IMG/VR virus record: IMGVR_UViG_3300020049_006862
Span: 32,001-96,000 of that record
DNA length: 64,000 nucleotides
Source: a virus
Taxonomy: Duplodnaviria; Caudoviricetes
Strand: one strand, 5' to 3'
Position 1 is the stretch's first letter, and every line of letters starts with the position of its first letter. The notes below the pieces were generated by a model. That model did no database searches. It was not told the origin of the DNA and saw only the letters and a list, made by a program, of their open reading frames with translations. Both the position numbers and the translations under genes were made by a program. Of the stretch, positions 9,825-24,900 are shown piece after piece.

Positions 9825-9943
9825 AATATGGTCGAATTCCAATTTCACGAGAGCTAATTAGAAATAATCAGCTCTTTTTCGGGTTGATCTGGAATTACCA
9901 ATGGAATGACCTTCGAGAAGTTCAATTCTATTTAACCCAATAA
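9821..9943 (+). CDS. Small hypothetical protein (40 aa)
   Basis: MKYGRIPISRELIRNN...YLTQ* runs from the ATGA overlap to the terminator. Confidence 0.45.
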   Translation: MKYGRIPISRELIRNNQLFFGLIWNYQWNDLREVQFYLTQ

Positions 9944-9988
9944 AAAAGGGGTACCCTGGCGAAAGCCGGAGTACCCCTTATTTTTTTG
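9942..9988. terminator. Bidirectional terminator between convergent gene blocks
   Basis: A-tract, GGGTACCCTGGC-GAAA-GCCGGAGTACCC hairpin, T-tract; lies exactly where the + and - blocks meet. Confidence 0.85.
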
Positions 9989-9994
9989 ACCTAG

Positions 9995-12900
9995 TTAGGG
10001 TCGTATCTGAATATCCTGTTCTGTTGCATTCTCGATAAACTTATTGATATCGTAAGCAGCAGATAAAAGAACTATGTGTCTTTGTAACTGATTGATTCCT
10101 CGGAAATCTCCATCCTTAGTAAATGCTCGTTCATCTCCAGCTACGTAATAAGCAGAGCCTATAAACATATCTGAAAGAGCAGTAGATAATCCCCATGCTT
10201 GCCTTGCTGTTGCTGGCCAAGCATTGTTCGAAAGAGTATCCTTCATTACTGCGTACACGTTCCAACTCTGAGAGTAATTCTCCATAATTCTACGGTAATA
10301 TTTTCTCCAAGAGTTATCGTCGTCTGCGCCAGCAAAGAGTAGTAAGTACCCGCCCATAATTAATCCTATGGTGGCCATTGTAACTATAAAGTCTACAACT
10401 ACTTCTCGCTGATATTCGGAAAGCTCATCCCACTTGTATGCCTCGTTAGAATACTTATTAAGTCCAAGTCTAGAAAGAAGTTTAAAAGCTTTTGAGTCAG
10501 TAGGAACATCCCATCTAAGTGGGAGCAATGAACCTAATAATCCAGTAAGTACTCTCCATCGTCCTTCCATAACTCTGGCGTGCCAAGTATAAACATCCTC
10601 TGTTCCCTCGAGCTTTTTGTAGTAGCCCCAAGTCTCAATGGTACCTTTAGTTGCGAACATATTCTTAAGTAAGTTCGGAATGAACTTCTTAAACTGTAAG
10701 AACAGTTCACCTAAAAGATAGTACTCAAGATGTGTGCGTTCATCTGGACGATATCCACCATTGATATATTCGTATACATAATACATGCGACGTATTTCAT
10801 TAGTATCAAGTTCGCCAAGTTCTCTAAGAGAGCCGTCAGGATTTTGAATCTTACCTCTTATATGGCCATCTCAACGTACATCTTTGTAGGTAACGCCTGA
10901 AGCATCGACTACATCTTCTACGTTGTATCTATCCCATAAAGACTTACCAGCAGTTTTCATTCGTCTCATCTGTGCTGCCATAGTTATCAGAGCAATTCCT
11001 TCTTCTGGAATTCTGTGAAACATGTACATAGTAGAAGAGGAGAACATATGATTACGAGTAGTCTTATACTGAGTAGAGTCAAGCGACCAATCATAAGCAT
11101 TAGGCATGTAGTTAAACTTCTTAGCAAGAAGGAACATCTTGTTCTCTCTAAGTTTACCCATCATAGCATCTTTCTGCATGTTAAAGTATTCTTTACTGGC
11201 CCAAGCAACGTCTCTTACTGTAAAAGAAACTTGATCACCGTCTACACCAAACATTGGAGCACCAGTGCTAAGACTGCCTTTTAGCCCTTCTTTAAGAAGA
11301 ACCATGTAAGTAAAGACACCATTAGCCGTGCCAGCAAGAGGTTTTAGCCACATGATAGGGGCAGCCGCAGCTGACTTCAGGGATCGAATAGTCTTAATCC
11401 AGTTAATTCTATTCATACCCCCAAACTCGTTTCTGAGACCACTTTCTTGCCTATGTTGTAAAGGTTTAGTAAGTTGCCATTTACGTCCTCGAACTTGCAT
11501 TTCTATCGCTGTTTCTAAGTACTTAATAGTATTAGAGTAATCTACTCCAGTACGATTATCACCTTTAAGTTGTAGATAGAACTGCATAGCTTTACCAATT
11601 GTATAGATATTATCTAACTCATCTTTATAGATTAAGTTACGCATCATCTTATCAAATTGAGCTTCAGCATTGAGCGAATAGTTCTCAGAAGAATCTATAT
11701 ACTTGTTACCGAGATACTTGATAGGAATCGCTTCTACTTCATTGAAAGTTTCTTCGTACGTATCTTCTACATGAAGAGTGAAATTCTGTTTAATGAATTC
11801 CTCGCGATAAGACTTATTAAGTATAGTCCCATGTTCTTCAAGCATTTTATACGTTTTAGGAAACCACCCGTCGTAGTGCTCGTACTTTTCGTATCCTTTA
11901 AATAAACGCTGTTTGTTCGTCAGATCTAAGTTACTTAAGATAACATTAGAAACATCTCCTCTATCAATAGCTATACCAACAGTAGCAGCTTTCCCACCTA
12001 CTTTTGTAAGTTCAGCTTTATAGTGCTTGTTCATGTAGTCTACTAATTTGCGTCGAGTTTCCCACTCACCAAGTTCCGGGTAAGCTATTTTAGCTTGTGC
12101 CCATTCCTGCTCAGTAGTGCGCATCTTCTTACCTAAGTTCTCACCTGTTGATGCATCTATTCTATCAGTATACATCCATTCCCAAATCCGAGTAGAAGAA
12201 TATAAGTTCAGCTTCCCTTTTAATCCCGGAATATATTCAGTAATAGATTTACCGTGCGCTTTCTCGTAATCTGAGACAATGACATCACGCATTTCCATAA
12301 ATGGTCTCCATATCGCATTATATCTATCGTTAGCTTTCTGCTTTGCTTCCTTCAAGTTCTTATCAAAGTATTGGAGATAAGCTGATTTCATGTTAGCATT
12401 AGAGCCTAACCATAAAGACATAGTACTGATATCTTGAACACCTACTAAGCCGCCTTCAATCTTATCCTGATATTTAAGTATCTTGTCGAATAACTCGGCA
12501 GCTTTATTTACGTTAAGCGTTTTCTGTTCAGAGAATTGTTTCTCGTGATCATACAACACCAAAGCACGAAGTTGCTCCATATCAGTTTCAAGCTGAGCTT
12601 TGATAGCTCTATCTTGAAGAACACTCTTAGCGGCAGTAGTAGAGGAAGCATCGTATTCTTTAGGATCAAAAAGTTTTCTGAAGTTTTCTTTACTCATCTT
12701 AGATTGAAGGTAGTCGTACATCGACTTATCTCCTTTCTTCATTTCGTACTTCATTACCTTTTCAATCATCTCTAAGAACGGTTTAACTTCTACCTTAGCT
12801 CTATGGTCATACAACAGGGCATTCTCTTTAGAAGGAACCCAAGCTATCTTAAGATCTCTAAATCGTACATCTGGCTTTTCAGTCTTAAGTAAGAAAGCAT

Positions 12901-15900
12901 AAAGCATAACCTGCAACTTTGCCATATTACGAGGAGACTGGCTAATTAGCATATCTTCAGAAGAGCCCCAACGAAGGATCATATTGTTAGTTTCCTTGTT
13001 GAATCCCCAACCTGATTTCATCTCAATTAAAGAAAGAAGATTGTCTGGGTGATACACCATGATATCCACAGTACCAGCCATATCAAGTAGAGAAGAGTGC
13101 ACCGTGAATTCAGGCACAATTCTATCCTTGTCTTCTTCCGGCACCGCATCAAAAGTATTGACTCCCATCTTTCGATAGATGTCCTTGTAAAAGTCATTCT
13201 CCGTCACCCACTTGTAAGTGCCTTCAGGAAGATTTCCTTTAATCTCAAGATCAGATATCCTTTGTCGAATCTTAGCTTGTTCCTCTTCACTTTGAGTAAC
13301 TGCTAGCTGCATGTATGCGTGCATCAAAGAACCCTTAGATTGAAGTTCATTTTGCTGTCCGCGAAGGATTGCTTCATATTCTTCTTCTGTAAGATTAGTT
13401 CCCCGATCAGTATTTCTGCGTGTACCTTTCTCAGCTCCCTCAAACCATTTCGCCGCTTGAGTAGAGGCCCAGTCATAGGCATCATCAGTAAAAGGTCTTG
13501 GTCTAAAGAAGTTAAGAGCACCACTTACAGCTTCATTTATGCGAGTAAGTTGTTCACCGCCTTTGATATAAAACTTAGAGTCTTCTGAAGGAAGAGAAGC
13601 AGTATTCGAGTATTCTTTCAAATCCTGTAATCCAGGAGGGTCGTTAGGATTTCTCTCTACTGCGAAGTATACATCCTTAGTTTCAGAATCAGCTGTTTCT
13701 ACTTTATGTACGTATTCTTTGTAAGAGTTTCCTTTTGCGTCTACAGAATCTTTCTCTTCAACTTCAAGAACTCTTACAATACGAGCTTGAGTTCTAAAAA
13801 CATCTAAAGCATTATATATGTAGAATTTTTCTCCGACATCAATTTTTACTCTTAAACTAACATCATTAAGAGCGGGGTTACGTACCTGATGAGTCATGTA
13901 CTCAAAGCCGTAGCGTTCTTTCAGAGGTCTAACCTTGATTGCGAATTCAAAGTCCTCTATTCTAAGATCAGGAACCATAACATGAGTTTCTCTAGCAGCA
14001 ATTCGTTTGTACAAAGCGCGAGCTATTGGAATTCCTTCTTTTGTAACTCCGGCTACTGTACCCATTAGTACGTATAAAGTATTGTCTACTCTGCGCTCCT
14101 CACGATCTCTAAACTCGGTTCTGAACCATTTCATAGGTTCCGGCATCTCACCTTTTTCGTTGAGCTTAAGCTCAATTTCACGGTCAAAATAACCCACACC
14201 TTCTTCAAACCCAGCGTAAGGGGAATTAAACTTCTTGGTATTCTGAGGTCTTTCTACAAACTGAACTCTGTTTCTAGCTCTTATTGAAGTATCCGCTACC
14301 TGAACTTTCTTTATGTTAGTTATCATTAAGTTAAGTTCGAAGTTGTCAGCTATTTGGTCAATACGCTCGGTTCCTTTTACTACTAATAAGTTATATTGAG
14401 AATCTTGGTCAGTAATCTTATCGTAAGGGATCTTAGAAGAAAGAGAAGAACTCTTAAATTTCAAACCCTCAAAGATCATTGCAAAATCTACAATAGCATC
14501 TTGAATAGTAGTATCGTTTCCTTCAGGATCAAAAGTAAATTTCTTCGTCTCCTTATTCCAAACAAACTTCGATAGTTCATAGAAGTTTTCACGGAGCTCT
14601 TGGAGATCATCAAACAGCACTTTGCCTAAGCCTGTAAGCCTAGCTTGAGTTAAGTCTCCAAAAGAAGCTATCTCAGTAGATTCTACAAGTCTATTCAACT
14701 CTTTCAAACCAAGTCTAGAAGCTCTTACGTCTTCAGTCCTTGCAGCCGTAATATACTCTTTTAAGAGTTTAGCATAATACATAGGCCCATATTCGTAGCT
14801 CCGTGCAGCAGGATCATAGATCTTAGGGTCGTGGAGTTTCTCATACATAACAGCAGAAGCAAAGTACTTACTCAACTCTTCGAGTAAGGTCGCCTTGTCC
14901 ATTTTGTTTTCCCCCCAACTATCAAAGTGCGGCAGTAATCTGGTAACCATAGACATATACTTAGGCCCGTAGATCTGTACATTAGTAGAAATAGTATACA
15001 TCAAATTATTGTGTATATCTATAGAAGCCCCGATGTGAGGATTCTCTTGTACGAAAAGAGGAGCATCAAAAGCAAATGAATCACGGAGAACTGCTTTACT
15101 AGTGTTACCTTCAAAAGGAGATCTAGTATCAGAAGTAGGTAATTTCTGCTGCTGGATACCTGTAAATATTCCTCCAAGTTTGGTATCTAATTTTACGATG
15201 TCCGTAACAGTAGAAGGAAAGCTTCTAAGAATTTTTAAGGATGTAGCAAGTTCACCTATATCTTCACCAATCAAGTGCGCTTTCTGGTAAATCTCAAGAG
15301 CAGCTATTCGTTCAGCTATACTACCTTCGCCTTTAACTACTGCGGCAAGTCCAGTATCACTTAGTAAAGGAATCTCTTCCCCTTCTTTAAGTTGTTTTCT
15401 CAAAGCAGCAATCTGATCTTTAATTTCTTTCTGCTGATTATAAACATTAAACTTGTTAATGTCCTTAATCTCAGGAAGTTGTAAGATCTTAACTGCTTCG
15501 TATAACGGCATACCTAAAGCAAGCATAGCTACAAGAACATTACCTGTCTTAATATTGATACCCAGAGGATATAAACCTTTCTCTTTCAAGTTGTCAATAG
15601 CAAGGTTTACAAGTCCGTCTAAGTATTGCCAAGAAGAGTGGCCAGATTGTAGGTCTTCATTCTGAAGCTGGTTAAAGTCGAGTACTTTACCTCCTACTTC
15701 CATTTGCCAGGCAAGTTCTGGTTTAACGAAAGGTCTTCCTTTATCAGGAGAACCTGTTGCCAAATAACCTAGAGCTTTCATAGCATTAGCAAAAATACCT
15801 GTAAGTCTAGCACCATCTTGCATAGAAGCGAAGGCTGTGTACCTGTTATTAACAAGAGACAAGTCAGTATCAATTCCTAAACTAGAATCAATTCCATCTT

Positions 15901-18900
15901 GACGAAGTTTATATAAAGCAGATTCTGGATTCTCGGGATTATTAAAGACTGACATAGTAATAGGAACGAGAACTCGATCCCTATTCTTAGGATCAGTAAT
16001 AATTGAAAGAACATTCTCGATGATGATTGCCTTAGCAAACTTCTGTTGAATTTCTTTCCAAGCCTTTTCTACCAGTGCCCTTTCTTTCGTATTCCGTTCG
16101 TCAATACCAGCAAGTTTCAGATCGAAGTACATCTGATACTCACTGTATAGTTCTTTCTTAAAGACATATTTACCACCTTTCTTTTCGTAGCCTACATAGT
16201 CAGTAGCAATGTCCCCAAGTAATAATTTCTCACCTTTGGTGAATTTCTCACGAACTACTACAGTAAGAGTATCAACGTCAAAATCAGATCCGTGTAAGTA
16301 TACTACCTGAAACGGAACAATAATTACATTAGTGTCTTGAGAATCATAAATACCTACTACCTTAAGTGGAATAGCTGAGTGAAGTTCAGTCGAAGGGAGG
16401 CGGAAACCAAACATGTCAGCAGTAAGGAATATTTCTTCGCCGCGTCTAACAGCAGCTTCAAGTTCTGGATCAAGCATTCCTTTAGGAACAAAAGATTCAG
16501 CATAATAGCTGTTAGCTGTTTTGACGTATCTAAGTGGTTTATCTCTCTTAGGAAAATTAGGATTATTATACTTTCCAGTATACTCCTCTGCCTGAAGCAC
16601 AAGTTTAGCGCCTTTGAATTTCACAGCGACGGTAAACTTCTCCATGATAGCGGAGAGCTGTGAAATTACCTTAGGAGCTACAAGAGGATTCATAAATGAA
16701 ATACCAGCCTTAAGCAAGTCTTGTACTACTTCAGAACCTGGAGAAGTAAGGGAACTAGTCAACTTACGACGCAAGTCAGTTTCGTTAAACTCATCCAATC
16801 CTTCTCTGAATAAGAAGTTCAAAGCTCTGTATACTTCAGTAGCAGCTTCAGTGTTAGTTTCTAAGATGTTTAGGAAGTAGGTTAACTGGGTAAAGAGTGA
16901 CACCTTCTTATCCACCTTAGCTTTAGCATTGAACTGTAATTTGTAGTCAGCATTGTTCAAACTAAGAACAGAAAGAGGATTAGCCTCTACATTACCTAAA
17001 CCATCTACTGTATTCATAGCTCCTGCAGGAGGATTACCTACCTTCAAAGCACTATTAAATACCAGCTCATCCAGCTCATTCTTAGTCATGTACTCATTTA
17101 CCTTCTGGAATTCAGGGAAATTATCTATAAGTTCTTTTGAAAGGACTACAGAAGAATACTTAACATAAGCTGGTCGAGGTTCCATTACATTCTCTGAATC
17201 TTCACCGGCAGTTGTTTCTTGAATAGAGTTACCGAAATAAACTGGTTTGTTTACCTTACCAAGTCCGTAAGCAGCACCGTAACCATTGTGTAAATCAGCC
17301 CATCTTTGAGCAGACATAAATCCTTGAGCATCGGTAGATTTGAAATCTTCGAAGAATCCTAACATCTCTTCTAATCTCTCAGGAGTAATATCTGGAATCA
17401 GATCTTTTAAGAAAGCTTCAATAACAGCCTTACCCCTCTTACGGTCATTGATTACGCCCATTCTAAACTTCTCTTTCATCCCTCCAACAGACTCGCCCAC
17501 TAAAGGAGATTTACCTGGAGCAAGAATACCGGCCATACGCTTGACGATATCATCTTCACTTTTGTAAAGATTATAAGGTCCAGTGAATAACTGATTAAGG
17601 TGGTAAGAATTGACATACTCATTCATTACGAAAAGAGTGACCAATGGTTGATAGTACTTAGCTATTTCCTCTTCGTTATACTTAGGATTAGACTTCCTAA
17701 CAGCTATGGATTTAGGTAAAGTATCTGGAACTTTTAATTCCTGTCTGAGCTGCGCCCCGACAGATTTAATTCCAAATATAGAACCATATAATGCTTCAAT
17801 ATTAGGAGCAAATTCAGCATTGTTATCGAGAAGCTGATTCATGTATTCAACTGCCTTAAGCTCTAATTGAGACATAATGTTGTCTACCAAAGCGTCTTCG
17901 GTAGCATTTTCTCCTAGCTGTTCAACAGCTTTATCGTACAAAGAGAACATTAAGTTCTTCTTCTTAGTTACACCAAGAATAGAAGAAAGATTTAACGGAG
18001 TTTTAACCTGTCTTACAGCTGCTTTTAAACCTTCTTTTACTTGAGCCTTGGTTAACACGTTAACTTCTACACCTGGAATACGCGGCTTATCTGACGGCTG
18101 GTATAAGAAGTTTATATACTTACCATTCGAATTACTACGTAACATATCTAAAAAAGCAAAAGAGAACGCGCGCGATTCGAAGTGCGCAGAATTCTCATTA
18201 GTAAATGTCTTTACAGTGCCGGTAGATTTATTATTAGAAGAATCGTGCTCAGCGTGTCCGTGTATCTTGTTAATACCTTTAACAAAGATGTTGTTCGAGA
18301 AGAAATCAGTCTCTAAATGTTCAGGCCTATTTTCAGCCATAAACTCTAAACGACCAGTTGAACCTAAAACTTCTGAGTCTTTAGATTTAGTAAAGTATTC
18401 TACAATCTTATAAAAATAAGACGAAGCAGAAAACTTATACATAGAGTTCTTGTCACCATTAAGAATTGAAGTCGGTCGAAGAGAGAGGCTTTGTTCTTTA
18501 GCAAGCTTAGATAAAGCAGCCATGAGAGAGAAGGAATCATTCAAAAATTCATCTAAATCTTCAGCTGGTTTAAGCTGCATCGCTCTCTTAGTAAAGAAAC
18601 CAAACTCAGTAATAACATTAAGAACTGTAGAGTTCCTATTCATATTAGGTTTGATTGGTTCAAATACATCAGTAAGCTTAAACGCTTTGATATAAAGGTT
18701 AGCAGCTCTAGCTGGATCAACAGCTTTCAGTCTTTCGGCTTCTTTCACATCTTCAGAAAGAGCAACCGAAGCAAACCCTTGTTTAAGATGTATAGCTTCA
18801 AGATTAGCTCTAACATAAGAAAGATAAGATTTTTCTATACCATATCCAGATGCTTCTACATAGCTGAACTTCATTCCTGTCTCAGGATCTTTCTTACTCG

Positions 18901-21900
18901 GTACAGGTACGAAGCGCTTAACAGCAATCATATATCTCTTCTCAACAAGTGATCCAATACTATTCTTAAGTTCGCGCAAAGTGTTACGAGCATTAGCCGC
19001 AGCCATTTGTTCGTTAAACTCCTTAATATTAGTTACTATACCATCAGCAAGAAGCTTCTTATACAAAGACCGATAAGATCCGATGTGATTGTAGATGTAC
19101 TCAGCATTTTGAAGTTTAGGAGAAGCGTAGCTTTCGTTCACTAAGTTAGCATCTTTTACTACACGAATTCTAGAACCATTAAACTTAGACTCTATAATGT
19201 GAAATCTTACAGAAGGATTCTTTTGTGCTCCTTGAGCATCATGTACCAATTGATCTAACTTAGCCATAATAACCTTATCAAGACTTGCAAACTGTCCATC
19301 ATTTGCTCTCTTTTGCTTCTGCCAATTGTCTAAATTATTAAGATCAAAGTTTTCGAGAATAAGTTGAGTTGCTACTACAAAAGTATGCGATGGGTGAATG
19401 TACTTATCTTTTGAAGCAAGGTTAGAAGGCTTGAATGGATTAGGTAAGAAGCTTAGAAACTCTTTGATCGAATCACTAAGTCTAGCCTCTTCATCCACCA
19501 AAGATGAATCTTCAGTCTCATTCTTAAGTCCTTCAGAGTCTGAAGCAGTATCATTAAGAACAAAGCTTTCGAGTTCGGAGAAGAACTCAATTTCTTCTTT
19601 ACCTATTACTGATGCATTAGGATAAACAAGTTCTAAGAGAGTAAAGAACAGTTCTTTTCCTTCTTTATCTTGTTTAAGTAGCGCATCCAGTGCGGACAAA
19701 CTCTTATGCTCTATTTCAGTTTTACCCTCTTTACGCGCTAAAGTTCTTCTCTGATTCTTCAAACTATCTAAGGCAGAAGTAATCATCTCTTCTTTGGAAA
19801 GCATAAGCTTTGTTTCAGAGAGGAAGTTACCTTCTACGTGATTATTCAAGAAAGCATGAAGAGCATCGTACATCAAGTTCCGAGCAATGCGGAAGTTAAT
19901 TACGCTACCAAAGTTAGCTTGCATAAATGCGGCAGTCTTAACATTCATGTTAGGAGCACTGAACTTATAGTCTTCATTCTTTGGCATTTCGTTCAAGTTA
20001 TCTACAAAGCCTTTCCAATTAGCGTTTACAAAAGTAGTCAAGGCCTCAATACGATTACGAAGTAAGTCAACCATGATAGGAAGATCCTTTTCGTACGTAA
20101 TAAGTTCAGCTAACACCTTCTGCATTTCTATTGCACCTGCGTTACGGCCAATCATTCCTTTGTTAGCAAGCTGTACGAACAATTGATTCTTCTCTTCTAT
20201 GGTAAGAACCTTGTTCCACATAGAATTGATTACCTCAAGAAGTACTCCTTCATAGTATAAAGGAAGTCTGTTAATAGCAGCCTTGGCTAATGCTTGAAAA
20301 GGTTTCATAATCGATCTAAACTTAGAAGGGTCTGGTCCTTTGGGAAACTCTTGAGCATACTTGAATACATCTTTAGTAACTGATTCAGATGTAGTGGCTT
20401 CAGGGAATAGAGCCTGAAGTACAGTCTTACCTCCTTCAGGAGTATATTCACGTATCTCTTGAATAATATCTATTGCTGATTTCTCAAGTGCCCAGAATTC
20501 ATCGCCAGTTTGATCTTGAATCATTTCTTGTTGAAACTTCGCTAATTCAGCAATCTTTGTTGATTTTTCTGAATCGCTAAGATCGGTAGATGCTATTATC
20601 TCTTTAGCCTGTTCAAGTAAAATAGGATCTGTAAAGGTTGCTACTAAATCAAACGAAAGAGTAACTGGAGCAGTAGTTGTTGAAGGATCTAAGTATAATT
20701 TCAGAGCAGCTAAAGTCATGTCATAAACATTACTCTCACTTAAACCTAAGAATTCAAAAATAGCTTGTAATACTCTAGAAAGTAAATTACTATTCTTAAC
20801 AGGAATAGCTGATGCTACTTCAGCAAACTTAGGATTAGAAAGGTTAGCTACAAACTCTGCAATCGGAAATATAGCTTCATTATCCTTAGCTCCTTTAGGA
20901 ATCTCAGTACCTTGCATGATTGTCTCCAAATCAAGATTGTTAGTTTTTACGTACTGTAAAAATATGTCTCTCAATTCAGTTAAACGCTCTTTCAATTCTT
21001 GCTCTTTTTGAGTAGGTTTAGGATTCTGAAGAGCCTTTATAGTTGCTGCATGTGTTAATTCGTGAGCATAGATTTCTCCAAATTTTAAGAAAGACTTTGC
21101 CGGGTTATAAACAATTATAACATTCTTACCGTCCACAAATGTTACAGCCGAGAAATCCTCAGGCATGGAATTGACATCAAGAACAGGTGTCATGAATACA
21201 TTTGTAAAATCAGCCACAGCTAATGTTTTAGCTAATTCCTGCCCAGATTCAAGTTGAGAGGCATTACCTTCTGCCTTTACTTCTGCGTCGAATTGTAAGT
21301 TAATTAAAGTTTTTCCTCACTGAGACAGATTTGATTCTAGAAATCTTGCACCTCCTCCGATAGTCGTAATAATTGGCAACTCTCAGTTCTGAAAGTTAGA
21401 CCAGCCTTTGAGTTTTATTTCGATACGAATATCGCCTTTCCCTGTTTGAATATTTCCTAACTCTACATTAGGAATATTTCTCTCAAATCATTCAGTCAGA
21501 ATAGTCTTTAAACTTTTACCTTCGATTGGCACATAATCGAAGGTTACTTTTTTAGTATCATTGTCATATCCTATTTCAAAGAAGTCTTGTATTTCTTCTG
21601 GTATAAGCTCGTTCCCAACTTTGCTAAGTTCTTCCTGTCTTCTCCTTTCTATGTCATCTATTTTAGCATTATCTACTATTGGTTTAGCTATTGAGATAGA
21701 TCCTGAATAAAGAGTAGGATCAACCTGAGTTAAATTATTCTTATCGTAATTCTTACGTATAGGAGTAACAACTTTAGGTTTAGCTGGTTCAGAAGGAATA
21801 GTACTAAGACCTACAGTAGTAGGAGTAACTTTCTGAAGCCTTGAATGCATCAAAGAAGAAAGACGATCAATACCTTTAATGTTAGTTCCTTTTGCTACGT

Positions 21901-24900
21901 GACTCATATTAGAACCGGAGAAGTTAACTTCGTCTCTGTGAAGAGGAGTACGTAGCTTAGTACTTGTAGCAAGATTGACTAACGTTTCCGTATTGATCTT
22001 AGGAGTAGCTTCAGATTTAAATAAAGATTCTTCTAACTGCTTAATCTTCTGGTCAATGTCAACGTAATCTTCTTCCGCCACTTGCTTGCCTTTTACTTCA
22101 CTACTTAATCTTTCCATCATGCGTTTGATGATAAGGTTAGTAGGAAGCTTAACAGGTCTGCCAGCAGCTTTAGTTTTAGCAAGATCAAGATAAAGATCTT
22201 CAGCTTCTACTGGAGTTCTAACTCTATTAAGAATAGCTAATACTTCAGGAACAATATCTGAAATCAAAGCTTCACGAAGAGCGCTCCAATAATGGCCATC
22301 TGCCGCATTATCAGCGAAGAGAGATATACCAGTAATGACTTTGTTACGTCTAGTCCTAATAGCTATGTTCGGAACATTATCGTTAGCTCTAGCAACAGCA
22401 TTAATAGCAACTTGAAGAGGTGACTTAGAATAAGAGACTTTGAAGTCCTCGTAGATGTTGCCATCTTTATCAACAATAACATAATGCTTAGCGCCACCTT
22501 CTCCACGGTGATCCATCTCCTCAGCAAAACCTTTGTTGTGCGCATAAATAGACTGCTTACCACCGCCTTCGAATCTTGGATTATCCTTTATAAATTCATC
22601 AGCTTCTTTAGCAGTGAATCTTACAGGACCAGGTTCTACATGGTAGATAACATTGAGCATCTCTTTAGGAATGATGCTTGCCAGCATAAAGGCTTGTCGT
22701 TCATCTAAATTAATACCAGCTTTTTTAGCGGCTTCTATTACTAAACCTACAGCAGGTGCTTGAGTAACGTTGCGCTTATCCCCTTCTTTTTCAATACCTA
22801 ATACCTTAGAATACTCTTTCATGAAGTCATTAAAGATAACAGTACCAAGCTTGATCGGAGTTTCTGGCTGAATAACATTCGTAAAGAAGTTTTCCAGCTT
22901 CAGAAAGATATCAGTAGCTTTAGATATGGTCTCGATATAAGGATGATCAGGGGTCATAACATCTGGTTCAAGCTGTACAAATACAGATCCAGAGCCTTTA
23001 CCACTACTAACAACCATATAAGGAATACCTACTCTAGGTTCGAAAGGTCTCTTACCCGAAGTGTTCATTACCCTGTCCACAGTACGCATATAATCTTTCT
23101 TACTCTTATTAGAGTATATGATCACACGAGAATACTTAGCCATATCAGCTTCTATATTATCTGAAAGCGGAAGGTCTAAGGATTTAGCAATACCTAAGAA
23201 AGTATCGTGTAAGCTGCGATTAACACCAGGTTCTAAGTAACTCTGATACTTAACACCAATGTTATTAGATTGAGACAACTGTAATTTCTTAACGACTTTA
23301 CTTTCAACCAAATGGTTCATTGCGAATCCGTTGTCAGTATCGTTGATAATAATATTTCGCGTATCAGTTACTGCATCTGGATTTGGTGATAGCTTTGAAA
23401 GTGTAGGAGAGTTAGCAATATCTTCTTCTCCAAGAATACCTACTGTTATCCACTTACGATTCTCTCCATCATATACAGGTCTTTGCTCGAATTCAGTATC
23501 GCTAAGCCAAACTGTTTCGTACATAGGAGCAATAACATAGTATTCGTGAGAGAATCCTTTATTATTTCTTGGAGATTTTACAGGTACTATCCAAGCTTCT
23601 GAACCAGGTTTTACTTGACCATTAAGATTAATTTTAAAAGAAGGATGGCGTAATTGAATACTTTCTTCTCCTTCTGGAGTATCTATCTTAGTAGGTTCCT
23701 GTATTTCTGGCTCTGTATTAGGCGATGGTGGTTCAACTATTTCTACAACCTCATCCTCCGTTTCATCTTCAGCCGTAGCTGTAGGAGTTGGGGGAGGAAC
23801 AATGACTTCACCTTGTGCATTAGCTGTAGGAACAGGGGTAGGAGCTGCTGCCGCAACAGTAATGCCAGCAAGTTCTTTCAAAGCAAATTTTAAAGACTCG
23901 CGCTCATCATTCCATATCCTTAAGTTATTAGCTGTGTCTTCTGTTAAATTTTCTTTAGCATTTGCTCCAACATCAGTGATAGATGTCTCTACTCTAAAGT
24001 CAGGATTAAATAAAACTACAGCTTCTTGTGCTCTGCCAATAGCAGTGTACATAGTAGAGTTGTAATCCATCTGTTCAGGAAATACTTTTCCGAAAGCGTT
24101 ACCTTTATCTTTTCTAAGAAGAATATAAACCTCTTGTGCTTGAGGAGCTTGTGCCTCATAGTGGGTTAAGATCTTCAAATTAGGATCAGAATACCTTGCT
24201 CTAAGAGCTGCAACTTCTTGCGGAGTATTTACTATTACCATCCTAGTTCTTGAACTAGGTTTAGAAAGAATAGTATCCAAAGCATTCAGGGGAGCAGAGA
24301 CAACGCCGAAAAATCCATCTGTAGTCGGCATTGCTACAAGTTCTTCAGCAGCATGGGAGGCTACAGTATTGATCCCAGGAACAACAGATTGCTTATCCTT
24401 AAATGATAAGGCAGCATTAGCAACAGAATTAACTGAAGTCCTATAAATAACTGATACAGACGAGGTATCTTTTGTTTCAGGATTGGAAAAGGAACCTAGC
24501 AAAAGAGTAATTTTAGCCTCGGCTGTTTGCTGTGAAGGATCACCAATAGCAAGAATTTTAATAGAAAGCTTTTTGGCTTTATTAATTTTATCGATTTTAT
24601 TCATAGCACCCAGCAATTCTTGGTTAGTGGGGGCCATAGCTTCATCGATAACAATTAAAGAATACCCGGCGACCTTATCATCATCCATAGCAAGGAACTC
24701 AGCAAGAGTCTTACCGTCTTCTTTAGATGTGTGCCTAGCTGCTCCTTCTGATCCTTCTTTATTATAAGCAACAGCAAGGACTTTCATATCTTTATTAAGC
24801 TTTGACATAGCTTGAACTACTAAAGAAGCCACTAAAGAAGTTTTACCTGATCCAAGTACTCCTTTAATAATAGTAGTTGCCTGAACAATATCTTCTTGAG

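Noticed and set aside
3229-9857. Nearby TAA 'backup' stops after the four terminal TGAs as a selected feature
   Set aside because: Distances of 7-18 codons are about what chance would give in AT-rich sequence.
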